DNA from: Alphaproteobacteria bacterium
Lineage (GTDB): Bacteria > Pseudomonadota > Alphaproteobacteria > MPNO01
DNA: 64,000 bases
NCBI GenBank assembly: GCA_964291675.2
Contig: OZ219866.1
Coordinates: 1,856,001-1,920,000, forward strand
Reading direction: 5' to 3'
A program made the position numbers and the translations under genes. The number at the start of each line of letters is the position of its first letter. The first letter of the stretch is position 1. The notes below the pieces were generated by a model. It worked only from the letters and a program-made list of their open reading frames with translations. It was not told where the DNA came from and did no database searches. This document shows, piece after piece, positions 52,891 through 61,517 of this stretch.

Positions 52891-54786
52891 CTACTGACAG
52901 GCGAGGCACTCTTCGTAGTCGTTGGCCGACGCTTCCGCGGCGGCCTGGCCGTTGGCCGCGCCGACCGGCACCGGGGTCTCGGCGCGGGCCCGCGCAGCCC
53001 CGTTGCCGATGACCGCGACGTCGACCCTGTTGGCCACCTTGTCGGCGCGCTGGATCGAGCGCGAGCGGCAATAGTAGAGCGACTTCACGCCCTTCTTCCA
53101 GGCCTGGAAGTGGATGTCGTGCAGGGTCTTCTTGTGCACGTCGGCCGGCAGGAACACGTTGAGCGACTGCGACTGGCAGACGAACGGCGCGCGGTCCGCC
53201 GCGAAGTCGATCAGCCAGCGCTGGTCGACCTCGAACGCGGTCTTGAAGATCGCCTTCTCGTCGTCCGAGAGGAAGTCGAGATGGGCGACCGAGCCCTCGT
53301 TGACGGTGATCGAGGTCCAGACGTCGTCGGTGTCCCTGCCCTTCGCGGCGAGCAGCGCCTTGAGGTACTTGTTGCGCACGCTGAACGAGCCCGACAGGGT
53401 CTTGTGGGTGAAGGCGTTGGCCACGTTGGGCTCGATCCCCGGCGAGCAGCCGCCGCAGATGATCGAGATCGAGGCGGTCGGCGCGATCGCCAGCTTGTTG
53501 GAGAAGCGCTCCTCGAAGCCGTAATCGGCGGCGTCCGGGCACGGCCCGCGCTCGGCGGCGAGCGCCCGCGAGGCGGCGTCGGCATGGCCCCTGATGTGGC
53601 GGAAGATGTTGCGGTTCCACGCCTTGGCCGCGGCCGATTCGATCGGCACGTTCTGGCTCTGCAGGAAGGAGTGGAAGCCCATCACCCCGAGCCCGACCGA
53701 GCGCTCGCGGCTCGCCGCGTAGCGCGCCCGCGACATGCTGTCCGGCGCGCTCTCGATGAAGTCGTCGAGCACGTTGTCGAGGAAGCGCATCACGTCCTCG
53801 ATGAACAGCGGATCGTTGCGCCATTCGAGGAAGGTCTCGAGGTTGAGCGAGGACAGGCAGCACACCGCCGTGCGCTCCTCGCCGTGATGGTCGGGGCCGG
53901 TCGGCAGCGTGATCTCGCTGCACAGATTCGACATGCGGACCTGGAGCCCGGCGAGCTTGTGGTGCTCGGGCGCGGCGCGGTTCACGTGGTCGATGAAGAT
54001 GAAATAGGGCTCGCCGGTCTCGATCCGGCTGGTCAGCAGGCGGATCCACAGCGCGCGCGCCCCGATGCGGCGCACCACCGTCTTGTCCTTGGGGCTGATC
54101 AGCGCCCATTCCTCGTCGTTCTCGACCGCGCGCATGAAGGCGTCGGTGATCACCACCCCGTGATGCAGGTTGAGCGCCTTGCGGTTGGGGTCGCCGCCGG
54201 TGGGGCGGCGGATCTCGATGAACTCCTCGATCTCGGGGTGGTCGATGCCGATATAGACCGCCGCCGAGCCGCGCCTGAGCGAGCCCTGCGAGATCGCCAG
54301 CGTCAGCGAATCCATCACCCGGATGAACGGGATGATGCCCGAGGTCTTGCCGTTGGCGCTGACCTTCTCGCCGATCGAGCGCAGATTGCCCCAGTAGCTG
54401 CCGATGCCGCCGCCGCGCGCGGCGAGCCAGACATTCTCGTTCCACAGATCGACGATGCCGTCGAGGCTGTCGGACGCCTCGTTGAGGAAGCACGAGATCG
54501 GCAGGCCGCGCACCGTGCCGCCGTTCGACAGCACCGGCGTCGACGGCATGAACCAGAGCCGCGACATGTAGTCGTACAGCCGCTGCGCGTGCCCGGAATC
54601 GTCGCCGTAATGCGAGCTCACCCGGTAGAACAGGTCCTGGTAGCTCTCGCCCGGCAGCAGATAGCGGTCGTCCAGCACCGCCCTGCCGAACCCGGTCAGC
54701 AGGGCGTCCCGGTCGCGATCGATCTCGACCGCGACGTCGCGCCTGGACTGAAGCAGGTCAAGCTTCGAGGAAACCAGATCTAGCAC
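52891..54786 (-). CDS. nrdA: Class Ia ribonucleotide reductase, alpha subunit (short, no obvious ATP cone)
   Basis: PSTPVLSNGG..GLPISCFL, SNLCSEI, CCLSSLN, AIAPTASIS, KSLYYCRS, C-terminal CLACQ. Confidence 0.95.
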   Translation of the reverse strand: MLDLVSSKLDLLQSRRDVAVEIDRDRDALLTGFGRAVLDDRYLLPGESYQDLFYRVSSHYGDDSGHAQRLYDYMSRLWFMPSTPVLSNGGTVRGLPISCFLNEASDSLDGIVDLWNENVWLAARGGGIGSYWGNLRSIGEKVSANGKTSGIIPFIRVMDSLTLAISQGSLRRGSAAVYIGIDHPEIEEFIEIRRPTGGDPNRKALNLHHGVVITDAFMRAVENDEEWALISPKDKTVVRRIGARALWIRLLTSRIETGEPYFIFIDHVNRAAPEHHKLAGLQVRMSNLCSEITLPTGPDHHGEERTAVCCLSSLNLETFLEWRNDPLFIEDVMRFLDNVLDDFIESAPDSMSRARYAASRERSVGLGVMGFHSFLQSQNVPIESAAAKAWNRNIFRHIRGHADAASRALAAERGPCPDAADYGFEERFSNKLAIAPTASISIICGGCSPGIEPNVANAFTHKTLSGSFSVRNKYLKALLAAKGRDTDDVWTSITVNEGSVAHLDFLSDDEKAIFKTAFEVDQRWLIDFAADRAPFVCQSQSLNVFLPADVHKKTLHDIHFQAWKKGVKSLYYCRSRSIQRADKVANRVDVAVIGNGAARARAETPVPVGAANGQAAAEASANDYEECLACQ

Positions 54787-54879
54787 CCGTCACCCCCCGC
54801 CGTTATCCGGCCCGTTTGCGGATCTGCGAAACGGCGCCGAAAACGAATCGGTTGCCGAAGCACCGCGAACCCCCAGCTT

Positions 54880-54927
54880 GCACAAGAAATTGTGGTCTCG
54901 CAAGAACAAACCTACCAAACATTGTGT
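54880..54927. promoter_or_regulatory. Tandem NrdR boxes upstream of nrdA
   Basis: GCACAAGAAATTGTGG (54880-54895) and CTACCAAACATTGTGT (54912-54927), 32 bp apart, resembling acaCwAtATaTwGtgt. Confidence 0.7.
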
Positions 54928-55016
54928 TATGCACGGCGACGAATTCCCCTGTTCGAATCCAATATTCGTCATTTGTTCGTCAATTGTACCAGCTAGGTTC
55001 GACGGCACAAGCTGTC

Positions 55017-55031
55017 GTTCGCCCTCTGTTC
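55017..55031. promoter_or_regulatory. LexA-type box upstream of nrdA
   Basis: GTTC-gccctct-GTTC, perfect; a one-mismatch copy ATTC-gtcattt-GTTC at 54964-54978. Confidence 0.45.
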
Positions 55032-55062
55032 CGATTCGAATTGCGTGAATCCCGGGGATAGA

Positions 55063-55078
55063 CCACAAGATATTGTGG
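55063..55078. promoter_or_regulatory. Distal NrdR box
   Basis: CCACAAGATATTGTGG near-perfect palindrome. Confidence 0.7.
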
Positions 55079-55093
55079 TCGGGCGAACGCCCC

Positions 55094-57427
55094 TCAAGTC
55101 GCCGGATCGGCGCGGCACATCCGGGCCAGCGCGTCCGGGCGGATCGGGATCTCCGTCACCTCGACCGCGAAGGGGGCGAGCGCGTCCTCGACCGCCGCGG
55201 CGACCGCCGCGGCCGCCGGCACGGTGCCGCTCTCGCCCACCCCCTTGACGCCGAGCGGGTTCAGGCCGGTCGGCGATTCGAGGTGCCGGATGGCGATCGG
55301 CGGCAGCTCGACGGCGCCGGCGATCGTGTAGTCGGCGAGCGTCGCGGTGAGCGGCTGCGCCTCGCCGTCGAAGACGATGCGCTCCAGGATCGCGGTGCCG
55401 ATTCCGTGCGCGACGCCGCCCCGTACCTGGCCGTCGACGATCAGCGGGTTGATCATGCGCCCGCAATCGTGCACCACGACGTAGCGCAGGATCGCCACGT
55501 GTCCGGTCTCCGGATCGGCCTCGACCTCGGCGACGTGGCATCCGTTGGCGTAGCTCAGCGCATCGAAGGGCAGCGCCGCGGTGGCCTCCAGCCCGGGGGA
55601 GGCGCCGGCGGGGAGCGCGTAGCCGGGCGTGCCGTAGACCGCGTTGGCGAGCTCGCCGAAGCCGACGGAGAGCTCCGCCACGCCGCGCACCCGGGCGCAC
55701 CCGTCGACGAGCTCGATGTCGTCGGGCGCCGCTTCGAGGCGTAGCGCGGCGAGGCTGCGCAGCTTGTCCGCCACCTCGCTTGCCGCCGTCAGCGCCGACG
55801 AGCCGGCATTGACCGCCTGGCGGCTGGCCGAGGCGCCGATGCCGATCGCCATCGCGGCGGTATCGCCCATCACGATGTCGATCGACGCGGGGTCGACGCC
55901 GAGCCTGTCGGCGCAGATCTGCGCCAGCATGGTCCGCGTCCCCTGGCCGATCGCCGTCGCGCCGGTGACCAGGCTCACCCGCCCCGACGGGGCGACGCGC
56001 ACCGTCACCGCCTCGAACGGGCCGCGCCCGGTCCCCTTGACGTAGTTGGCGAGCCCGATGCCGAGATGGCGCCCTTCGGCGCGCGCCGCCGCCTGCCGCG
56101 CCCGGAACCCGTCCATCCCGGCGGCGTCCAGCGCGGCGTCGAGGCAGGCCGGGTAGTCGCCGCTGTCGAGCACGATGCCCGAGCCGCTGCGCGTCGCAAG
56201 CGGCCGCGCATAGGGCATCTCCTCGGCGGCGATGAAGTTGCGCCGCCGCACCTCCTCGCGCGCCAGCCCGGTTGCGGCGGCGATGCGGTCGACGATGCGC
56301 TCCATCGCGAAGATCCCCTGCGGATGCCCGGCGCCGCGCACCGGTGTGGTGGGCACCTTGTTGGTCACCGCCACCCGCACCCGCATCCGGTAGGCCGGCA
56401 AACGGTAGGGGCCGGGCACCACGGTCGCGGCGTTGTAGGAGAGGTTCAGCCCGCGCGCGGTATAGGCGCCGTGGTCGTGGATCATCTCGCCGCGCAGGGC
56501 GAGCAGGCGGCCGTCCGCGTCGGTCGCCGCCTCCATCTCCCAGTACTGGTCGCGCTCCTGGGTGGTGGCGGTGAAGTGCTCGCGCCGGTCCTCGATCCAC
56601 TTGACCGGACGGCCGAGACGCCGCGCCGCGTGGGCGATCACGATGTCCTCGGGGTAGACCACGAGCTTGGGCCCGAAGCCGCCGCCGAGATCGGCGGCGC
56701 GGACCGCGATCCGGCTCTCGTCGAGCCCGAGCGTCGCCACCAGGGCGCGCAGCGCGCCATGCGGCGCCTGGCTCGACAGAAACAGCGTCAGCCGGTCGTC
56801 GAGCGGGTCGGGTACGGCGACGGCGCCGCGGCACTCGATGGCGAGGCCGAGCCCCTTGTGCTGCTTCAGCGAGACCCGCACGCGATGGGCGGCGGCGGCG
56901 AAACCCGCCTCGACGTCGCCATAGCCGATCTCGTACTCGGCGAGCAGGTTGTCGTCGAGATGGCGATGCGCGCGGGGCGCGCCCTCGGCCAGCGCCTCGC
57001 TGCAGTCGGAGGCGGCGGGCAGGGCGCGGTAGTCGATTTCGACCGCCGCGGCCGCGTCCTCGGCGGCGTAGCGGCTGTCGGCCAAGACCACGGCGACCGG
57101 CTCGCCGACATGGCAGACCTCGTCCCGGGCGAGGATCTGGCGGTCCAGTATGTGGCGGTAGGACGGGCTCGGGAGCGCCGTCACCAGCCGTTCGGCGGCG
57201 AGATGCGGCGCGATCTCGGCATGGCCCAGCACCGCCGCCACCCCGGGCCGCGCGGCGGCGGCCGCGCTGTCGATGCCGGCGATCCCGGCATGGGCGAAGG
57301 GGCTGCGGACGAACGCCGCGTGCAGCATCCCCGGCAGGCCGATGTCGTCGACGAAGCGCCCGGCGCCGCGCAAGAGCGCCGGGTCCTCCAGCCGCTTGAT
57401 CGGCTTGCCGATCAGCGTGGAGCTCAG
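55094..57427 (-). CDS. Xanthine dehydrogenase family molybdopterin-binding large subunit (CoxL-like); probable CTG start
   Basis: IGKPIKRLEDPALLRGAGRFVDD, GGGFGPK, WIEDRRE, PVRGAG, GQVRGGVAHGIG, GVKGVGESG. Confidence 0.88.
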   Translation of the reverse strand: MSSTLIGKPIKRLEDPALLRGAGRFVDDIGLPGMLHAAFVRSPFAHAGIAGIDSAAAAARPGVAAVLGHAEIAPHLAAERLVTALPSPSYRHILDRQILARDEVCHVGEPVAVVLADSRYAAEDAAAAVEIDYRALPAASDCSEALAEGAPRAHRHLDDNLLAEYEIGYGDVEAGFAAAAHRVRVSLKQHKGLGLAIECRGAVAVPDPLDDRLTLFLSSQAPHGALRALVATLGLDESRIAVRAADLGGGFGPKLVVYPEDIVIAHAARRLGRPVKWIEDRREHFTATTQERDQYWEMEAATDADGRLLALRGEMIHDHGAYTARGLNLSYNAATVVPGPYRLPAYRMRVRVAVTNKVPTTPVRGAGHPQGIFAMERIVDRIAAATGLAREEVRRRNFIAAEEMPYARPLATRSGSGIVLDSGDYPACLDAALDAAGMDGFRARQAAARAEGRHLGIGLANYVKGTGRGPFEAVTVRVAPSGRVSLVTGATAIGQGTRTMLAQICADRLGVDPASIDIVMGDTAAMAIGIGASASRQAVNAGSSALTAASEVADKLRSLAALRLEAAPDDIELVDGCARVRGVAELSVGFGELANAVYGTPGYALPAGASPGLEATAALPFDALSYANGCHVAEVEADPETGHVAILRYVVVHDCGRMINPLIVDGQVRGGVAHGIGTAILERIVFDGEAQPLTATLADYTIAGAVELPPIAIRHLESPTGLNPLGVKGVGESGTVPAAAAVAAAVEDALAPFAVEVTEIPIRPDALARMCRADPAT

Positions 57428-57894
57428 CTCTCCCGCCCCCGCTCGGTGACCACGCGCTCGAACGCCGCCAGGGTCTCCTCGCTGACATGGTGCTCCAGGC
57501 CCTCGGCATCGGCGCGCGCCGCGTCCTCGCTGACGCCGATCGCCTGGAGGAAGGCGACCACGATCTGGTGCCGCCGCCGCGAGGCCTCGGCGATGCGCCG
57601 CCCCTCGTCGGTCAGGAAAATCGCGCGATAGGGCTGGGTGGTGACCAGCCCGCTCTGCTGCAGCCGCGCGACCGTCTTGGTGACGCTCGCATGGGTCACG
57701 CCGAGCCGGCGCGAGATGTCGGCGGAGCGCGCCTCGCCGGTCGAGTCGATGAGGTCGGCGATCAGCTCGACATAGTCCTCGGCGATCTCGGTCTGACGCG
57801 CCAGCCGGGTCTGGCGGTGATGCCCGGCCTGCTCGTCGGGCTCGACGAGCACCGGCGCCACCTTCGCCGGCCTCCTGCGCGTGTCCTTCGCCAC
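57424..57894 (-). CDS. mntR: Manganese-binding transcriptional regulator (DtxR/MntR family)
   Basis: AEDYVELIADL...EARSADISRRLGVTHASV...PYRAIFLT...RRRHQIV...DAEGLEHHVSEETL. Confidence 0.92.
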   Translation of the reverse strand: MAKDTRRRPAKVAPVLVEPDEQAGHHRQTRLARQTEIAEDYVELIADLIDSTGEARSADISRRLGVTHASVTKTVARLQQSGLVTTQPYRAIFLTDEGRRIAEASRRRHQIVVAFLQAIGVSEDAARADAEGLEHHVSEETLAAFERVVTERGRES

Positions 57895-57946
57895 CCGGGT
57901 CCCCCGCCTTGCCGCGCCGCGCCGACTATGCCGGAGCGCGAGCCGC

Positions 57947-57989
57947 TTGACAATTCTGGGCCGGGGCCAAATAAGTTAGCCATGGTTAA
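57947..57989 (+). promoter_or_regulatory. sigma70 promoter and MntR/DtxR-like operator for the cytochrome-ABC operon
   Basis: TTGACA at 57947-57952; near-palindrome TTAGCCATGGTTAA at 57976-57989 in an AT-rich island between divergent mntR and the operon. Confidence 0.6.
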
Positions 57990-58016
57990 ACAGTTCAGCG
58001 CGGGGAAAGACTGACA

Positions 58017-59849
58017 TTGGCACGCAACCGGGTTCGGGGGACGGCCCGGCCGGCGGCCGCGCTGCTCTGCCTCGCCGTCCTGCTGGCGGGCACGGCCTCG
58101 GCCCATGTGGCGAGCCGCGCCGAGTGGCACCCGCTGGCCGCCGCCTATCTCGACGCGGTGTTCGCGAGCCGGATCGACCCGGTCGACTGGCGGGGGATCG
58201 CGCGGCGCTACGACGGCACCGATCCGGCGTTCCGCCATGTCGGTTCCGAGCCGGCCTTCGCCGCGCTCGCCCGGCTCGCCCGCTTCGCCGGGACCGATCC
58301 CGGCGCGGCGATCCGCCGGGCGATCGCCGCGCGCGACGCAGGCGCGCTGAGGCAGGCGGCGGCGCGGGCCAACGCGACCGCGCTCCGCGCCGGGCTGGAG
58401 AGGGTTCGCGGGCTGCTGAACAGGCCGCGCGAGGCGCGCGCCGAGCTTCGTTCCGCCCGCCTCCTCTATCGCGGCTTCGAGACCGGCCTGCGCGCCCGCG
58501 ATCCGGCGGCGCACCGGCGTCTCGGGCTCGCCTGGCTCTCCCTCGCCACCCTGCTCTCCGGCGGGCAAAACGGGGCGGAGGCGGAACGCCTGATCGGCTT
58601 GCTGGCGGGCGAGATCCGCGCCCGGTTCGAGGCGGCGGCGCCGCCCTTGCCGCCATCCGCCCGGCTGCCGCCGGGCGGCGCGCTGGTCGAGCAGCGGCCG
58701 CTGCCCCGCGCGGTGCTCAATTTCGAGCGGCGCGGGGTGGAAGAGAAGACGCTCTTCCTCGTCGCCTATGGCGACATGCTGTTCGATTCGCCGGAAATTT
58801 TCGGCGCGCCGGCCCGCAGCCTCGGCCTCGCCTGCTCGTCCTGCCACAACCGGGGCGACGTCAACCGGGCGCTGTTCGTCCCCGGGCTCAGCCGCCGCCC
58901 CGGCGGGATCGACGTCGACAACGGCTTCTTCAACCCGCGCGGCAATGACCGGCGGTTCGACCCGCTGGACACGCCGAGCCTGCGCGGCATCCGCTTCACC
59001 GCGCCCTACGGGCGGGACGGGCGCACGGCGAGCCTGCGCGAATTCGTCCGCAACGTGATCGTCGGCGAGTTCGGCGGCGCGGAGCCGACCCCGCTGATGC
59101 TCGATGCCCTGCTCGCCTACATGAACGAGTTCGACTTCCTGCCGGCGCCGCTGCTGGCGCGCGACGGGCGCCTCAACGAGCGCGCGGGCGCGGCGGCGCG
59201 GCGCGGCGAGGCGATCTTCAACCGCCCCTTCCCCGGCATGGCGGGCCGGTCGTGTGCGACCTGCCACGTGCCGGACGGCAATTTCATCGACGGGCGGCGC
59301 CACGACATCGGCTCGGTCGCGGCCTCGATGCCCGGCGCCCGCGACGGCGCGCTGGATACCCCGACGCTCCTGGGCATCCGCTACACCGCGCCCTATTTCC
59401 ACGACGGCTCGCTGGCGACGCTCCCCGCCGTGGTCGCCTGGTTCGACCGGCGCTACCGCCTCGGCCTCGATGCGGGCGAGCGGGCCGACCTCGCGGCCTA
59501 TCTGGAGGCGGTCGGCACCGGGGAGCATCCCTTCGAGGCGTTCGACGGCACCAACACGCGCTTCCGGCTGGGCTTCGAGGAGGCTTCGACCTTCCTGTCG
59601 ACGCTGGACACGCTGATCCCGGCGCGCGACCGGCGCCATGCCTTGCTGCTGCTCGCCACCGTCGGCCGCGATCTGCGCTCCGATGCGGCGGCGATGGACA
59701 ACATCGCGGCGCTCGGCCGGGTGTCCGAGCTGGCCGCGAAGATCGACGCCATCTCGGACGCGGTCTCGGCGGAGGACTGGGCGGCGGCCGAGCGGCTGTG
59801 GGCCGGCTACAAGCAGGCGGAGGCGCGTCATGCGGCCGAGCTCTACTAG
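58017..59849 (+). CDS. Secreted di-haem cytochrome c peroxidase (bCcP/MauG superfamily)-like protein with extra helical domains
   Basis: Sec signal ending ASA; CSSCH (58833-58847) and CATCH (59253-59267); DTPSLRGIRFTAPYGRDG and DTPTLLGIRYTAPYFHDGS..DLAAYL. Confidence 0.82.
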   Translation: MARNRVRGTARPAAALLCLAVLLAGTASAHVASRAEWHPLAAAYLDAVFASRIDPVDWRGIARRYDGTDPAFRHVGSEPAFAALARLARFAGTDPGAAIRRAIAARDAGALRQAAARANATALRAGLERVRGLLNRPREARAELRSARLLYRGFETGLRARDPAAHRRLGLAWLSLATLLSGGQNGAEAERLIGLLAGEIRARFEAAAPPLPPSARLPPGGALVEQRPLPRAVLNFERRGVEEKTLFLVAYGDMLFDSPEIFGAPARSLGLACSSCHNRGDVNRALFVPGLSRRPGGIDVDNGFFNPRGNDRRFDPLDTPSLRGIRFTAPYGRDGRTASLREFVRNVIVGEFGGAEPTPLMLDALLAYMNEFDFLPAPLLARDGRLNERAGAAARRGEAIFNRPFPGMAGRSCATCHVPDGNFIDGRRHDIGSVAASMPGARDGALDTPTLLGIRYTAPYFHDGSLATLPAVVAWFDRRYRLGLDAGERADLAAYLEAVGTGEHPFEAFDGTNTRFRLGFEEASTFLSTLDTLIPARDRRHALLLLATVGRDLRSDAAAMDNIAALGRVSELAAKIDAISDAVSAEDWAAAERLWAGYKQAEARHAAELY

Positions 59850-60696
59850 GCGCCTCGCGCTCGCGCTTGCGCTCGCCGCGCTGGCCGCCTGGCCGGCGGC
59901 GGCGGACCGGCCGCTCACCGTCGCCTTCGTGCCGCAGGAGAACCCGGAGAAGCTGCTCGGCGACGTGCGCGCCATCGGCGCCTATCTGGAGGGCGCGACG
60001 GGACGGCGGATCGAGCCGCGCCTCACCATCGACCACGCGGCGGCGATCGAGAGCCTCGCGGCCGGGCGCGCCGACATCGCCTTCATGGGCGCGCTGCCCT
60101 ATGTGATGGCGCGCTCGCGCATCGGCGCGCGGGCGCTGCTGTCGGAGGTCTATCGCGGCAAGCCGAGCTACCGGGGCGCGGTGTTCGTGCGCCGGGATGG
60201 CGGGATCGCGCGGCTGGCGGAGTTGAGGGGCAAGTCCATCGCCTTCGCCGACCCGATCTCGGAATCGGGCTTCCTCTACCCGCTCGACCTGTTCGTCGAG
60301 GCCGGGCTGCTGGCCGCGCGCGACGACCCCAGGGCGTTTTTCGGCGAGGTCTATTTCGCGGGCGGCTACCAGCAGGCCATCCAGGCGGTGGCCAACGGGC
60401 TGGTCGACGCCGCCGGGGTGAGCATCTACGCGACGCTGCTGCTCGATGCCGGCCAGCGCGGCGCGGTCGCGGCGATCGCCCGCACGCCGCCGATCCCGTC
60501 CCATGTCGTGGTCGCCCGGGACGGGCTGGAGCCCGGCCTCCGCACCGCCTTCGTCGAGGCGATGCTGGGGCTCAACGCGCCCGCGAGGCGGCATCTGCTG
60601 AAACACGTCTATGGGCCGGACGGCTATGTCAGGCCGGACCACGCGGCCTATGACCGGGTCGCCGCGATGGCGCGCAAATACGGGCTGATCCGGTGA
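59830..60696 (+). CDS. PhnD/PtxB-fold ABC substrate-binding protein with an atypical ligand set
   Basis: Signal peptide, VAFVPQENP, ADIAFMG, LRGKSIAFADPISESGFLYP, AVANGLVDAA, TPPIPSH. Confidence 0.82.
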   Translation: MRPSSTRRLALALALAALAAWPAAADRPLTVAFVPQENPEKLLGDVRAIGAYLEGATGRRIEPRLTIDHAAAIESLAAGRADIAFMGALPYVMARSRIGARALLSEVYRGKPSYRGAVFVRRDGGIARLAELRGKSIAFADPISESGFLYPLDLFVEAGLLAARDDPRAFFGEVYFAGGYQQAIQAVANGLVDAAGVSIYATLLLDAGQRGAVAAIARTPPIPSHVVVARDGLEPGLRTAFVEAMLGLNAPARRHLLKHVYGPDGYVRPDHAAYDRVAAMARKYGLIR

Positions 60697-61517
60697 GCGC
60701 CGACGCGCTTCGCCTGTCGGGTCTCAGGGTCCGCTACGCCGCCGATGTGGAGGTTGCGCTGGCGATCGACGCGCTCGCGATCGCCGCCGGCGAACGCGTC
60801 GCGGTGATCGGGCCGAGCGGCTCCGGCAAGACCACGCTGTTGCGCGCGGTTCACGGGCTGGTCGCGCCGGAAGCCGGCACGGTCATGCTGGACGGCGTGG
60901 ACACGGCGTCGGCGGCGGCGCGCAGCCGCGTCTTCCGGCGCCGTCATGCCGCGGTGTTCCAGGAGTTCCAGCTCGTCGAGCGCGCCTCCGTGCTCGGCAA
61001 CGTGCTGTGCGGCCGGCTGGGCCACGCGCCGGTGCTGCCGAGCCTGCTCGGCCTGTTCGGCGCCGCCGACCGGGAGGCGGCGCTGGCGGCGATCGGGGCG
61101 ACCGGGCTCGGCGACTACCCGCGGCGCCGCGTCGACACACTGTCGGGCGGGCAGCGCCAGCGCGTCGCGGTCGCCCGCGCGCTCGCCCAGGCGCCGTCGC
61201 TGATCACCGCCGACGAGCCGGTCAGCAATCTCGACCCCGTCATCGCCGACGACATATTGCGCGCGCTCATGGGCTCGGCGCGCGATCACGCGATCACCGT
61301 GCTCGCCGCCGTGCATCACCCGGCGCTCGCCACCGCGCATGCCGACCGGGTGATCGGGCTCGCCGGGGGCGAGATCGTCCATGACAGCGCGGACGGCGCG
61401 CCGCTCGACGCATCGGCGCTCAGGCGGATCTACGGCCGCAGCGTGGCGCCGCAGATCGTCCAGGACGTGACGCCCCGCGAAGCCGGCGATGCGCGCTCCC
61501 CTCGCAACGTGGCGTAG
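60693..61517 (+). CDS. PhnC-like ABC transporter ATP-binding protein
   Basis: GPSGSGKT, FQEFQLVERASVLGNVLCGRL, LSGGQRQR, ADEPVSNLDP. Confidence 0.88.
   Translation: MSADALRLSGLRVRYAADVEVALAIDALAIAAGERVAVIGPSGSGKTTLLRAVHGLVAPEAGTVMLDGVDTASAAARSRVFRRRHAAVFQEFQLVERASVLGNVLCGRLGHAPVLPSLLGLFGAADREAALAAIGATGLGDYPRRRVDTLSGGQRQRVAVARALAQAPSLITADEPVSNLDPVIADDILRALMGSARDHAITVLAAVHHPALATAHADRVIGLAGGEIVHDSADGAPLDASALRRIYGRSVAPQIVQDVTPREAGDARSPRNVA

Noticed and set aside
54790-55068. 92-aa ORF upstream of nrdA
   Set aside because: AT-rich with atypical codon use and coincident with the NrdR/LexA-type boxes; better explained as a promoter region
55094-57427. Aerobic CO dehydrogenase (coxL)
   Set aside because: Active-site loop is PVRGAGHP, not AYxCSFR, and coxM/coxS and accessory genes are absent
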